This document shows positions 8,991 to 19,347 of a stretch of DNA of 64,000 nt, piece after piece. Source of the stretch: Candidatus Poribacteria bacterium (lineage in GTDB: Bacteria; Poribacteria; WGA-4E; WGA-3G). The position numbers and the translations under genes are program-made. Position 1 is the first letter of the stretch; every line of letters begins with the position of its first letter. The DNA lies in the NCBI GenBank assembly GCA_965232545.1, contig OZ246979.1, forward strand, positions 4,623,521 through 4,687,520, read 5' to 3'. Under the pieces are notes generated by a model. That model saw only the letters and a list, made by a program, of their open reading frames with translations. It did no database searches and was not told the DNA's origin.

Positions 8991-9040
8991 TAGCAGTCAG
9001 TGGTCAGCAAACCCGCTTTGCTGCTGGCAGCTGACTGCCA
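8991..9040. repeat. Palindromic 7-bp-repeat element downstream of the DUF5069-like gene
   Basis: GCAGTCAGTGGTCAGCAAA-cccgc-TTTGCTGCTGGCAGCTGACTGC, an imperfect hairpin built from GTCAG / CTGAC heptads. Confidence 0.55.
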
Positions 9041-9240
9041 TTAACACTGGAATCTATTTTGGCGGGTTAAAATGTAGGAGCGACCTGTAGTTCGCGTCGA
9101 ACACGGAAACCTTTATTGCACAGATCGTGATACTTATCCGTGATAGCACCCACAACCTAAAGGTTGGGGAAACCTCGGCTTCGTCGCGACTGCGGTTTTC
9201 TCAAAGAGATTACCGTAGACAGGGGCTTTAGCGGCGGAGT

Positions 9241-9280
9241 GGTAAGGTAAAATTAAAAATCCGCAAGGAAAGTCTAAAAA
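9241..9280 (+). promoter_or_regulatory. Tandem double copy of the upstream module before pheA
   Basis: GGTAAGGTAAAATTAAAAAT-CCGCAAGGAAAGTCTAAAAA-TTG. Confidence 0.5.
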
Positions 9281-10348
9281 TTGGATTTAACAAAGTACCG
9301 AGACCAAATCAACGAGATTGACGACCAAATTTTGGCACTGCTGCAGAAACGGGCTGAAGTTTCCAAGCAGGTCGGTGCGATGAAAGCAAAAACAGGCATT
9401 GCAGAGGTCTATGTTCCGCATCGGCAGAAGCAGATTATTGAACGTTTGAAGGAACAAAATCACGGCAGATTCCCTGAGTCCGCGCTTGAGGCGATCTGGA
9501 CCGAGATTTTATCTGCGTCCCGCTCCTTGCAGGATCCGGAGCGGGTAGCCTTCCTCGGACCGGTTGGCAGTTTCGGACACCTGGCGGCGCTGTCACATTT
9601 CGGGACGTCAACAGAGTTTATTCCTGTCCGCCCACAGGTTGACATTTTTACTGAGGTGGAATCTGGTAGAGCGGACTACGGTGTGGTGGCTATTGAAAAT
9701 TCGGCACAAGGGACTGTGCGTGATGTTTTGGAACGCTTCCAGCGCACACCGTTGTGGATTTGCGCGGAGACATTCCAACCGATAAAACAGCACCTTTTAT
9801 CAAGGTCACCGCTCGAGGAAATTCGGTGCGTCTACTCGCATCCGCAACCTTTCGCGCAATGTAAGACTTGGTTAAAGCGACATCTCGGTGGTGCTGAGCA
9901 GATCGAGGTCATTAGTACGTCTGAGGCGGCGGAACGCGCTGCACAAGAACCGTCAGCAGCTGCGATTGCGAGTGAACTTGCAAGCGAAATTTATCAGGTT
10001 CCAATCATCGCAAACTCCATTATGGATGACCCTGATAACACAACCCGCTTCTTTGTGATCGGAAAGCACATTCCAGACCCAAGCGGGCACGATCGGACTT
10101 CGTTGTTTTTCGCTATTCCGGACACGGTTGGGGCACTACACCAAGCCTTGGGTATTGTAGAGAAGGCGCAGTTAAATCTGAGTTATTTAGAATCTTTGCC
10201 GTCGCGAGACAAACCGTGGGAATATATTTTCTTTACTGAGATGGAGGGTCATATTGCCGACGAGCGCGTCATCGTGGCATTTGAGCAGCTTGAAGAATTG
10301 TGTCGGCACGTCAATGTCCTCGGATCCTATCCACGCGGAACGTTTTAA
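9281..10348 (+). CDS. pheA: Bifunctional chorismate mutase / prephenate dehydratase
   Basis: TTG start directly after a tandem double copy of the upstream module. CM domain (LDLTKYRDQINEIDDQILALLQKRAE), PDT domain (ESLPSRDKPWEY motif) and a C-terminal ACT domain. Confidence 0.85.
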   Translation: MDLTKYRDQINEIDDQILALLQKRAEVSKQVGAMKAKTGIAEVYVPHRQKQIIERLKEQNHGRFPESALEAIWTEILSASRSLQDPERVAFLGPVGSFGHLAALSHFGTSTEFIPVRPQVDIFTEVESGRADYGVVAIENSAQGTVRDVLERFQRTPLWICAETFQPIKQHLLSRSPLEEIRCVYSHPQPFAQCKTWLKRHLGGAEQIEVISTSEAAERAAQEPSAAAIASELASEIYQVPIIANSIMDDPDNTTRFFVIGKHIPDPSGHDRTSLFFAIPDTVGALHQALGIVEKAQLNLSYLESLPSRDKPWEYIFFTEMEGHIADERVIVAFEQLEELCRHVNVLGSYPRGTF

Positions 10349-10550
10349 TTTTTTAATGATACATGGCAGATAAGTAATGACATTTGTAACTTGATGGTTT
10401 TCGTGTTCGAGCTGAAAAAATGCCCAAGCAAAAACCCTGCGCCGTTGTTGCAGGCTGCTGCTTTGGGTGAAAAATTAAAGATAAAACGTGAGCGTAGCGG
10501 AGGACGGATATACGGGGAGGCACTTGAAAATTCAAACCTACCTCACCAAT

Positions 10551-10590
10551 CCGTAAGGAAAAATTAAAAATCCGCAAGGTGCAATTAAAA
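10551..10590 (+). promoter_or_regulatory. Tandem double copy of the upstream module, with the queG GTG start embedded
   Basis: CCGTAAGGAAAAATTAAAAAT-CCGCAAG-GTG-CAATTAAAAA. Confidence 0.45.
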
Positions 10591-11735
10591 AGCGAATTCA
10601 TAAGCGGGCAAACGAACTTGGATTTGAACTCGTCGGAATCACACCCGCCACGCAGAGTGAAACGATTGAACGGTATCGGCGGTGGATAGAAAGCGGGTAC
10701 GCTGGGGAGATGAACTATCTTGAAAAGCATCTTTCCCTTAAGACAGATGTCCGTCGACTTCTATCAGAGGCGAAATCTGTTATCAGTCTCGCGATGAATT
10801 ATTATACGCTTGATCCACCGAAGGCACTCACACAGGATCCGGGACGTGGACAAATCTCCCGCTACGCGTGGGGTGATGATTATCACGAACTTATTCGTGA
10901 ACGCCTTTTGGAACTCGTCACTTTTATCAAGCAGACCGCTGAAAGCGAATTGAAAACCCGTGTATGTGTAGATACCGCGCCTATTATTGAAAGGGAGTAC
11001 GCACAGAGAGCAGGTATCGGATGGATCGGTAAAAATACGAACTTGATTCATTGGCGTTCCGGTTCTTGGTATTTTCTCGCGGAGGTACTCGTCAGTGTCG
11101 CGTTGGAATCCGACACACCGGACCTTCGTGGGAGTTGTGGCACTTGCACACGTTGTATTGAAGCGTGTCCGACAGACGCAATTATTGAACCGAATCTGCT
11201 TGACTCCCGGCTTTGTATTTCTTATCTGACAATCGAGTTAAAGGAGAGCATACCGAAGGCACTTCGTCCCAAGATCGGTAACTTAATTTTTGGCTGCGAC
11301 ATCTGTCAAGAGGTCTGTCCGTGGAATAGTAAAGCCGTCCCAACGATCGAACCCGCGTTTCAGCCGCGCGATGGGAACCTCGCACCTGAGTTGCTTTCGC
11401 TTGTTGGTATGACGCAGCAAGAGTTTAGTCAGCAATTCAAGGGAAGTCCAGTCAAACGCGCGAAACGTCGAGGATTTTTGCGGAATGTGCTCGTTGCGAT
11501 CGGTAATTGGCGGGCGCGGCGTGCTGTTCCGGCACTCGAAGGTACATTAGCCGACCACGAACCTTTAGTTCGCGGACATGCCGCTTGGGCATTGGGAAGG
11601 ATCGGAGGTGAAACCGCCAAGCGAATATTGCAAACGCGACTCACCGTTGAAACGGATCAGGATGTTATCATTGAAATCCAAGACGCGCTCTTAGAAACAG
11701 AGCAATTATCAAGGAAAGAGGCAAAAAATGCGTGA
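10578..11735 (+). CDS. queG: Epoxyqueuosine reductase
   Basis: In-frame extension upstream of ATG 10710 restores the QueG N-terminus (LGFELVGITPA). The GTG start is embedded in module copy CCGCAAG-GTG-CAATTAAAAA. 4Fe-4S Cys clusters (CGTCTRCIEACP, CDICQEVCPWN). C-terminal HEAT-like repeats. Confidence 0.8.
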   Translation, partial: GAIKKRIHKRANELGFELVGITPATQSETIERYRRWIESGYAGEMNYLEKHLSLKTDVRRLLSEAKSVISLAMNYYTLDPPKALTQDPGRGQISRYAWGDDYHELIRERLLELVTFIKQTAESELKTRVCVDTAPIIEREYAQRAGIGWIGKNTNLIHWRSGSWYFLAEVLVSVALESDTPDLRGSCGTCTRCIEACPTDAIIEPNLLDSRLCISYLTIELKESIPKALRPKIGNLIFGCDICQEVCPWNSKAVPTIEPAFQPRDGNLAPELLSLVGMTQQEFSQQFKGSPVKRAKRRGFLRNVLVAIGNWRARRAVPALEGTLADHEPLVRGHAAWALGRIGGETAKRILQTRLTVETDQDVIIEIQDALLETEQLSRKEAKNA

Positions 11736-12345
11736 AACAAATGGACATCAAATCCCGGCACCTGGTGCTGGCACAAATGGACTCGCATGGCACGAAACAT
11801 CACTCTGGAGTGTTGAAGGGGTTGGGCCTATCCACAAAATCAACCCTGAAACCAGCGAGGTTGAACTGACGCTTACGCCTTCTTATCCCGGTGCCGCCGG
11901 TATAGAATGGGCTGGTGAGTATCTCTGGTATAATAGTATATGGCAACAAACCTTTTACAAACTCACGATTCCTGAATTGGAAGTCGTTACAACTTTCCGA
12001 TCACCCGGAGAAGGACCGCACGGGTTGGCTTATGATGGGGAACACCTCTGGAGCGTTGACATGAACACGAGTCGGTTCATCAAACAGTGTCCAGAAACTG
12101 GCGAAATCCTTGCTGAACTTCAGACCCCTGGTGGTCGCGCACATGGGCTGGCATGGGATGGAGAGGCACTTTGGAACGCCGATACAAACGACCATATCGT
12201 TTACCGAATTCATCCCGAATCAGGTGAGGTGCTCAATAGCATTGCATGTCCAAGTGAACCGCATGGGCTTACGTGGGATGGCACGGCGTTGTGGTACGGC
12301 GAAGATAAAGCAAAAAAGATTTATCGGCTCAGCATATCAGACTAA
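11728..12345 (+). CDS. Beta-propeller protein, glutaminyl-cyclase-like (Glu_cyclase_2-like)
   Basis: Overlaps the queG stop by 8 nt. Repeated GLAWDG/GLAYDG/GLTWDG…LW blade motifs. The family call is tentative. Confidence 0.45.
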   Translation: MRETNGHQIPAPGAGTNGLAWHETSLWSVEGVGPIHKINPETSEVELTLTPSYPGAAGIEWAGEYLWYNSIWQQTFYKLTIPELEVVTTFRSPGEGPHGLAYDGEHLWSVDMNTSRFIKQCPETGEILAELQTPGGRAHGLAWDGEALWNADTNDHIVYRIHPESGEVLNSIACPSEPHGLTWDGTALWYGEDKAKKIYRLSISD

Positions 12346-12622
12346 CGTTGACCGACGATTCTGTTCACTATGGTAAACCAGAAAAATAAGCAGACATTCT
12401 CCCCTCTCCGGGTAGGCGAGGTTTCTAACCTCGCCGGTTTAGATTTTAGATTAAAATTCAGATTTTTGCGGTTTTTCTGAAATTATGCACCTTTTTCGTC
12501 TGCAAATTGTGTCACTCATTAAACAAGGAAAAACGTTACCAGTCAAGAAAAATTACTTCAACTCATGCCTGTTTTTGTCGGTTCAGCGCATCAGGTAATG
12601 TTCAACAGCGAGGGAAAGAGAA

Positions 12623-15400
12623 TTGAGAAAATTACAGATAACCATACTGATCTTGTTTTTAGGAGTTGCGTGGGTCATGCAAAGCAGTGCCGATCGGGTG
12701 CAACTCAACACGAGTGCCGCTGTCCTCCAAGACAATCTCGGTTCGAGTGTCGGTATGAGTGGTGATTATGCGGTAATAGGTGTTCCGAACGATGATACCG
12801 ACTTTGGCAGAGACACAGGTTCACTTCAAGTCTTTCTACGCACAGAAACCGGATGGGTTCAACATCAAAAACTGTTCGCCAGCGATGCCGAGCCCGGCGA
12901 CCGATTCGGTACGACGCTCGCGGTGAGTGGCGATTACATCGTTGCTGGTGCCCCAAGGAAAGATGGAGGCGGGAGAAACTCAGGTGCCGCTTATGTTTTT
13001 AGGCGAACGGGGACTGAATGGTTAGAGCAAGCCAGGCTTGTCGCACCTAATCAAACGCGTGGTGACTATTTCGGTATCTCGGTAGCGATTGATGGAGATA
13101 CCGTCCTCGTTGGTGCGCATCGTACGAACGAACCTTTGGCAGATTGTGGCTCCGTCTACGTTTTTGAGAGGAACGGGGAAATTTGGAATCAGACAACCAG
13201 ACTCATTGCCCCAGACCCAGATAGTTTCGCATACTTCGGCTTCTCCGTTGGAATTGATGCGGATACCGCTATCGTTGGTGCGATTCGGGAGGATGAAGCC
13301 GGAAATGATGCCGGTGCTGCTTATATTTTCGTCCGAAACCAATTCGGATGGACGCCTCAAGCGAAACTTATCGGAAACAACACGGAAGCGGAAGATAACT
13401 TTGGGTATGCAGTTGATGTTGATGGAGATTTTGCCATTGCGACCTCACCTAAGAACAGAGGTGGTGGCTCTGCTTACATCTATAAGCGCGAAGGGATCGA
13501 ATGGGAGCAAAAAAGGAACCGTGTCCGTTTTCGTATGATTCCGATTGATCCAGATGGCGCGTCCGCTTTCGGTGTTTCTGTTGATATTAAGGGGGAGACC
13601 GCTGTCATTGGTGCGACAGGGGGCAACGTCGGACAAGATATTGTCGGTGCCGCTTATGTCTTTACACAAAATGAGCCTCCATTTTGGAACCAACACACAA
13701 AGTTGGTCGCAAGCGATAGAGGTGCCGGTGACCAGCTCGGATTTGCTGTTGCGATCGGTGAGAACGAAGTGATCGCTGGTGCACCAAGGCATAACGCCGG
13801 TGGATTATCATCGGGGGCTGCATATATTTTTGAACAAAGAGAAGAAGCTTCGTGGGTAGAGAGTGGCAAGTTGAGTGATGGTGAAACCGCTTCAGAAGAT
13901 CAGTTCGGCGTATCTGTTGCGATAAGCGGGAACTTCGCTGTCTCTGGTGCCCAACAAGACGATGACATCGCACCGAACGCGGGCGCCGCGTACATCTTCG
14001 AGCGTACCGGTACTCTCTGGCTGCAGCGCACAAAACTTACCGCTGACAACGCAAATGCTGGGGATCTATTCGGGAATGCTGTTGCGATGGATGGCGCAAC
14101 GGTCCTTGTTGGCGCGCCCGGGGTGGATCAGGCAGGACCGGAATCTGGCGCAGCATACATTTTCGTACAGGTCGGCGAAGAGTGGATTCAACAGGCGAGG
14201 TTAGTCGGTGACGACATCGGAATCTTTGATCGGTTCGGGTCAGCCGTGGCAGTCCATGAAAATACCGCTATCGTCGGGGCACACGGGAAAGACGAGGGGG
14301 GTGTGGATACCGGTGCCGCTTATGTCTTTGTCCGGAATGGTGCCTCTTGGACGCAACAGGCGAAACTCACCCACCGAGGTGCTGTACCGGGAGATCTATT
14401 CGGTTTTGCTGTTTCTGTCTATGGCGATAATGCCATCATCGGTGCCCATCAGAGCGACGCAGCGGGACCAGATTCAGGCGCAGTCTATCTCTTTACACGT
14501 ACGGGAGGCACATGGACGCAAGACCTCCTGCTGATGCCGAATGATATTGGCATCGGTGATGAATTCGGCTACGCTGTCAATTTAACTAAAGGTATCGCTA
14601 TTATCGGTGCACCTAAGGAGGACCGAAGACTTGCCGATCTCGGAGCCGCTTATGTTTTTGTGGAGGCACGAGATGGTTGGGTACAACAGGCAAAGCTAAC
14701 CGCATCCGATGCCGAGACTGGAGATGAGTTCGGTTCAGCAGTCGCTATTCATGAAGATACCGCTATCGTCGGGGCATGGAAAGATAATCACCCGTTGTCG
14801 GATCCGGATGGAGATCCATCAGTACAGATTGACAGAGGTTCAGCTTACTCATTTTTGCTCGACGGATTATCTTGGGTAGAGAAACGCCGAATTGAGGCTG
14901 CCGGCACAAACCGATCCGACCTATTTGGGGCATCTGTTGGAATCAGAGGTGCTTTTGCTATCGTTGGTGCCGCAGGTAGCGATAATGCCGGGGATAACTC
15001 AGGATCCGCGTTTATCTATAACCCAATTGATCTCGGATTCCGATCTGCGGATGTTCCTTTCTCTGTGGATCCGACATCACATGCGCTCTCGATGCTCGGA
15101 TATATTAAACAGACGACGATTCTCCAGAATTATCCGAACCCGTTTAATCCAGAGACATGGTTTCCCTACGATTTGGCAGAGGAAGCAGAAGTTATTCTGA
15201 AAATCTACGATGTCCGTGGGGGGCTTGTACGCCAGTTGAATATTGGGCTACAGGAACCCGGCAGGTATCGGAGCCAAGAGAAAGCCGCTTATTGGGATGG
15301 GAAAGACCAGTATGGAACGAAAGTCGCAAGTGGTATCTATTTCTACACGTTTTCCGCTGGCGATTTCCAACGCACCCGCCGACTGGTGATTCTCAAGTAG
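12623..15400 (+). CDS. FG-GAP repeat secreted protein with T9SS C-terminal sorting domain
   Basis: Signal peptide. More than 12 FG-GAP-like repeats (DxFGxSVAIxGDxAxVGA…GAAYVF). C-terminal NYPNPFNPETWFPY…GIYFYTFSAGDFQRTRRLVILK matches the T9SS CTD (type A sorting). Confidence 0.7.
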   Translation: MRKLQITILILFLGVAWVMQSSADRVQLNTSAAVLQDNLGSSVGMSGDYAVIGVPNDDTDFGRDTGSLQVFLRTETGWVQHQKLFASDAEPGDRFGTTLAVSGDYIVAGAPRKDGGGRNSGAAYVFRRTGTEWLEQARLVAPNQTRGDYFGISVAIDGDTVLVGAHRTNEPLADCGSVYVFERNGEIWNQTTRLIAPDPDSFAYFGFSVGIDADTAIVGAIREDEAGNDAGAAYIFVRNQFGWTPQAKLIGNNTEAEDNFGYAVDVDGDFAIATSPKNRGGGSAYIYKREGIEWEQKRNRVRFRMIPIDPDGASAFGVSVDIKGETAVIGATGGNVGQDIVGAAYVFTQNEPPFWNQHTKLVASDRGAGDQLGFAVAIGENEVIAGAPRHNAGGLSSGAAYIFEQREEASWVESGKLSDGETASEDQFGVSVAISGNFAVSGAQQDDDIAPNAGAAYIFERTGTLWLQRTKLTADNANAGDLFGNAVAMDGATVLVGAPGVDQAGPESGAAYIFVQVGEEWIQQARLVGDDIGIFDRFGSAVAVHENTAIVGAHGKDEGGVDTGAAYVFVRNGASWTQQAKLTHRGAVPGDLFGFAVSVYGDNAIIGAHQSDAAGPDSGAVYLFTRTGGTWTQDLLLMPNDIGIGDEFGYAVNLTKGIAIIGAPKEDRRLADLGAAYVFVEARDGWVQQAKLTASDAETGDEFGSAVAIHEDTAIVGAWKDNHPLSDPDGDPSVQIDRGSAYSFLLDGLSWVEKRRIEAAGTNRSDLFGASVGIRGAFAIVGAAGSDNAGDNSGSAFIYNPIDLGFRSADVPFSVDPTSHALSMLGYIKQTTILQNYPNPFNPETWFPYDLAEEAEVILKIYDVRGGLVRQLNIGLQEPGRYRSQEKAAYWDGKDQYGTKVASGIYFYTFSAGDFQRTRRLVILK

Positions 15401-15543
15401 CGGTCGGCAATCAGTCGTCAGCAGTCAGTTAAAGAGGCTATCCTCATGCGAGAAACTCCTTGTGACTGACAACTATTCCCCTAATTAATAAGGGCTGCTT
15501 CAGAAACACCTATCAATTAGGGAAAGGTGGAGTTAAACACTAA

Positions 15544-15936
15544 ATGAGTCAACAGACTGGCTATGATGATTTACAAACCCATATCCGTCAACTGGAAACA
15601 CCGCCAATTGAGACATGGGAAAATCAGTATAGCCACCGAGATTACACAATTGAGATTACCAACTTGGAGTTCACTGCTGTGTGTCCTAAAACGGGACTCC
15701 CGGATTTCGCGACACTTTGTATCAATTATGTGCCAGACCAGCACTGTGTTGAGTTAAAGTCGTTAAAGGAGTACTTCTTTTCCTATCGAGATGTCGGTAT
15801 CTTCCATGAACACGTTGTAAATAAAGTGTTGGAGGATTTTGTTGAAGCCTGCCAACCGCGGAGAGCAGAAGTTGTCGGTGATTTTAACATCCGCGGTGGC
15901 ATCAAAACGGTCGTGCGTGCAAGTTACCAGAGTTAA
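15544..15936 (+). CDS. queF: NADPH-dependent 7-cyano-7-deazaguanine reductase
   Basis: 130 aa. Catalytic Cys in EFTAVCPKTGLPDFA. KSLKEY and RGGIKT motifs of type I QueF. Confidence 0.85.
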   Translation: MSQQTGYDDLQTHIRQLETPPIETWENQYSHRDYTIEITNLEFTAVCPKTGLPDFATLCINYVPDQHCVELKSLKEYFFSYRDVGIFHEHVVNKVLEDFVEACQPRRAEVVGDFNIRGGIKTVVRASYQS

Positions 15937-15967
15937 GGTTGTCAGCGCGCGCGTTTTGTAGCGTAAA

Positions 15968-15999
15968 CTTGTAGGAGGGGTTTCTAACCCCGAATGCCT
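15968..15999. repeat. REP-like hairpin repeat, GTAGGAG family
   Basis: TGTAGGAGGGGTTTCTAACCCCGAATGCCT contains perfect hairpin GGGGTT-TCTA-AACCCC. A near-identical copy lies at 56768-56799. Confidence 0.55.
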
Positions 16000-16025
16000 G
16001 ATGAGGTGCTTCCGCCTCAGGTAAA

Positions 16026-17054
16026 TTAAAGAATTGGGACGGAACGACCTATCCGTGCGGATTCATAGAGCGCATCGAAGATTTTCGCAATGTTCAACAC
16101 CTCTTCAGCAGGAACAGGGGACGACAACCCTTCTCGGATAGCCGTGTGAAACGATTCAAATTCACTCGGTAATCCTGTGAGCAATTTTGGCGCGTAATTC
16201 ACCATCTCATCTTTTTTATCCAGATAAATCTGAAGCGGTTCATAAGTAGCACCGGCTAAGTCTCCCATGAAAAACGTCCCGCCGATGTTTTCGATATGCG
16301 ATGCCCACGCCGTTTCCAAGGTCACCGTCAATCCGCCCTCAAAGCGGATAGTCCCCATCGCGAAATCTTCCACTTCAAAATCTTCAGGATTCCATTTACC
16401 CCACGGGTTGATGACATTCTCTTTGTGCCCAAACTTCGTTGCCGTCATCCCGAACGCCTCGATAGGTTTCGGAGAACCGATCATCCAGAGCAACACATCG
16501 AGGATATGTACGCCAATATCAATCAACGGTCCGCCGCCTGCGATGGCTTTACTCAGAAAAGACGGTGAAGCAGGCACCCCACGCCGTCGCATTGACATTG
16601 CACGGGCATAATAGATGTCTCCGAAAAAGCCTTCGTCATAGAGTTTACGTAGCGTGCGCGCCTCAGCACGGAACCGAGATTGTAAGCCGATCTGTAGCAC
16701 TTTACCGCTTGCCTTTTGCGCGTCCACCATCGCTTGTCCGTCAATCGCATTAGCAGCAATCGGTTTTTCACAGATAACGTGTTTTCCGGCGTTCAACGCT
16801 GCGATAGTGGGTCCGGCGTGGAAGTTATTCGGTGTGCAAACGCTCACCGCATCCAGTTCATCCATCGCCGCTAATTCCTCATAATCGCTGAAGACGTGTG
16901 GAATGTCGTGCTTTTTAGCGAACGCTTTCGCGCGAGTTTCGTCGATGTCGCACGCCGCGATAATCGAAACGCCCTTGACACCTTTATGACCTGGAAGATG
17001 TTTGCCACCAGCAATACCACCACACCCAACTATACCTACCTTAATTTCTTTCAT
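16026..17054 (-). CDS. Gfo/Idh/MocA family NAD(P)-dependent oxidoreductase
   Basis: Start MKEIKVGIVGCGGIAGGKHLPGH (Rossmann). C-terminal dimerisation domain typical of the family. Confidence 0.75.
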   Translation of the reverse strand: MKEIKVGIVGCGGIAGGKHLPGHKGVKGVSIIAACDIDETRAKAFAKKHDIPHVFSDYEELAAMDELDAVSVCTPNNFHAGPTIAALNAGKHVICEKPIAANAIDGQAMVDAQKASGKVLQIGLQSRFRAEARTLRKLYDEGFFGDIYYARAMSMRRRGVPASPSFLSKAIAGGGPLIDIGVHILDVLLWMIGSPKPIEAFGMTATKFGHKENVINPWGKWNPEDFEVEDFAMGTIRFEGGLTVTLETAWASHIENIGGTFFMGDLAGATYEPLQIYLDKKDEMVNYAPKLLTGLPSEFESFHTAIREGLSSPVPAEEVLNIAKIFDALYESARIGRSVPIL

Positions 17055-17076
17055 GATTATTCCTCTTTTGCTTATT

Positions 17077-17925
17077 TTAGATTGGCACAACTTGCGGGGC
17101 TTGTTCCAAGTTTAGGTTATGTGCTGCTGCCCATTCCGAACCAGCCCAGTGTACCCCGTTCGGATCGCGTCTGCCTTGTGTGTCTGTGGATGCCCCGAGA
17201 AACTGCCTACCGAGATCGTCCAGATTTTCCACCAGTGTTTCATCTGGTTGCAGACTATCATTGTAATAGCGTAGATAATAATCCGGCTTAATCCAGCGAT
17301 AATGGTACCCGTAGATGACGACCTTAGAGATATTCTCTCTGAAGTTCAGTCCGGCGGCATGATAGATGCGACTTTCAAACAGAAACGCGTCTCCTGCATG
17401 GAGGAGCGGTTCGTCATACACAGGCGGGTCAACTTCACCTTCAGCGATACTCAACGGTTTACTCAGTTTGTGGCTCTTTCGGATAAACCACGTCGCACCT
17501 GAGTTTGGCACGCTGAAATCCGTTAAACAGTAACCAACCTTCAAGCCGACGCGCGGGCATCCTGCGTGCCCAACGTCCAGATGCACACCGACGTCTCGAT
17601 GCCAATTGCGGTTGTCAGGTTTTTCAGGTGCCTGTGGATGCTTGTGGATGAGTGCTGTGTTCGTGATATGGATATTTGTACCTAGCAGTTGCAGGATTAA
17701 TGGCACTGCCTTAGACTGTGTTGCAAGGTCAGCAAATGCGAGTTCTTGTACCAACCCGTCCCGCCGATGTGCGTAATAGTTGTGGTACTCAAACGATTCC
17801 ATGAGTCGGTCACCTGTCTCGGTCAGACGTTGAATCATCTCACTGTCAATTGCTGAGCGCACGATGAGGTAACCGTTCTCTTCAAATTCTTGGCGTTGTG
17901 TCTTTGTCAACTGAACAAATTCCAT
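17077..17925 (-). CDS. Phytanoyl-CoA dioxygenase (PhyH) family Fe(II)/2OG oxygenase, paralog A
   Basis: HxD (WHRDVG) and distal His (RIYHAAG) motifs. ATG directly abuts rc module GCTGACCGAACCACAAGGAATAATTAAAAG. ~75% identical to 30888-31703. Confidence 0.75.
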   Translation of the reverse strand: MEFVQLTKTQRQEFEENGYLIVRSAIDSEMIQRLTETGDRLMESFEYHNYYAHRRDGLVQELAFADLATQSKAVPLILQLLGTNIHITNTALIHKHPQAPEKPDNRNWHRDVGVHLDVGHAGCPRVGLKVGYCLTDFSVPNSGATWFIRKSHKLSKPLSIAEGEVDPPVYDEPLLHAGDAFLFESRIYHAAGLNFRENISKVVIYGYHYRWIKPDYYLRYYNDSLQPDETLVENLDDLGRQFLGASTDTQGRRDPNGVHWAGSEWAAAHNLNLEQAPQVVPI

Positions 17926-17960
17926 CTTTTAATTATTCCTTGTGGTTCGGTCAGCTGGGT
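17926..17960 (-). promoter_or_regulatory. Upstream module copy before PhyH paralog A
   Basis: rc reads GCTGACCGAACCACAAGGAATAATTAAAAG-ATG. Confidence 0.5.
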
Positions 17961-18168
17961 TTCGGACTTAACGTTCCTTTCCGTATATCCGCTCTCCATT
18001 TCATTACGAGCTATGCGTTTTCTTTAGTAGGCGGGGGAAACGCCTTATCAAAAACACTCCGATTCCCGACTTTTCGGATAAGTCGGACAAAGCCGTAAAA
18101 CTGAATAGTTGGCTCCATCCTGATAGAAAGTTGATAGACATTTAAAAATATGCTATCATGAGTGAAAA

Positions 18169-19347
18169 ATGATGTCTACAAATAAACAGATTTTATTTTT
18201 AAATATTGGGTTTTCGCGCTGCCTTTCTATCTTAATTTTTGCCCTATCGGTGGTGTGTCTTGCACCAGCAGAAGATGGCGAACCGGACGAGGCTGCACAG
18301 GCATATCAGGCAGGCTTACAAGCACTCACGCAAGCAAAGCATCATGATGCATTTGCGGCGTTTCAGCGGGCAGTAAAATTGGACCCAACCCACGCTGAAG
18401 CGCACTATCAACTCGGTGTGATTTACGGCAAACAATCGCAATGGAAACCAGCCATTGATGCACTTCAGACTGCGATTAGTCTCTCACCCGATTTTGCTGA
18501 TGCACACGTTCGCCTTGGCGAGGCATACCTGATCGGCATGGCGAGTGCTAAAGATGCGGCTAAACCCTTGGAACGTGCACTACAGTTGCAGCCCGACCAC
18601 TTACGCGCACGAAGGCTTTTAGGCGATGCATACCTCCGACAGAACCGATACGACGATGCGATTCAGCACCTTAAACAGTTGATACAGGACAGTGAAGCCC
18701 GTTACCTCCTCGGTCTTGCTTACTTCCAAAAAGAGGATTTCACGCAGGCGATACCACACTTTGAGGCAGTTATTAAACGCGCAAGTCGACATGCCAAAGC
18801 GCATTTCAATCTTGGGAATTGTTATCTCCGTACAGGGAAAGTCGCCGAAGGGCGCGCTGCGTTCCGCATGTTTGAGAAACTCACGCGCGAAGAGGAGCAA
18901 TTGGCATCACTGCAGCGTTTGATTCATAACGATCCGCAACGCCTGCAACCGCGTTATGAGCTTGCAGAACTATTTATAAAAAGAACCGAATGGGAACTGG
19001 CTACGGCGGAACTCAAAGTGTGTCTCGGCATCGCACCGCACGATGAGAAGGCATCTGAACTGCTCGGTTACATCTACCTGCAAACAGAGGCTTATCCAGA
19101 GGCACTTGAAGTCTATGGCGGTCTCGTTGAAGCACACCCAGAGAGCGCCATATACCGGAATAGTCTCGGCATTATCTATATGATGCAAAAGAAACCTCGG
19201 CAGGCGATCCCTCAGTTTGAAACGGCGACACGTCTTAACACAACCAACCCACAACTTTACCGAAACTTAGCGAATGCCTATCGGCAGGTCGGCGAACAGG
19301 CGAAAGCGGAGCAGGCGTATCGGCGTTACCGCTCCTTAACAAAATAG
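18169..19347 (+). CDS. TPR-repeat protein with signal peptide
   Basis: Sigma70-like TTGATA-N17-TATCAT ends 9 nt upstream. Signal peptide plus at least 8 TPR motifs (AHYQLGVIY, AHVRLGEAY…). Confidence 0.65.
   Translation: MMSTNKQILFLNIGFSRCLSILIFALSVVCLAPAEDGEPDEAAQAYQAGLQALTQAKHHDAFAAFQRAVKLDPTHAEAHYQLGVIYGKQSQWKPAIDALQTAISLSPDFADAHVRLGEAYLIGMASAKDAAKPLERALQLQPDHLRARRLLGDAYLRQNRYDDAIQHLKQLIQDSEARYLLGLAYFQKEDFTQAIPHFEAVIKRASRHAKAHFNLGNCYLRTGKVAEGRAAFRMFEKLTREEEQLASLQRLIHNDPQRLQPRYELAELFIKRTEWELATAELKVCLGIAPHDEKASELLGYIYLQTEAYPEALEVYGGLVEAHPESAIYRNSLGIIYMMQKKPRQAIPQFETATRLNTTNPQLYRNLANAYRQVGEQAKAEQAYRRYRSLTK

Noticed and set aside
9040-9240. Possible tRNA / tRNA-Sec near the candidate selenoprotein
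   Set aside because: I looked for a cloverleaf (GTGGC…TTCGAATCC-type T-arm, acceptor pairing) in 9040-9240 and found only loose hairpins (CCACAACC-TAAA-GGTTGGGG). Nothing supports a tRNA call. No tRNA, rRNA or CRISPR array was recognisable anywhere in the window.
10353-10730. 125-aa minus-strand ORF between pheA and queG
   Set aside because: It overlaps the extended upstream module repeats and the real queG N-terminus on the other strand. No start context, atypical composition.
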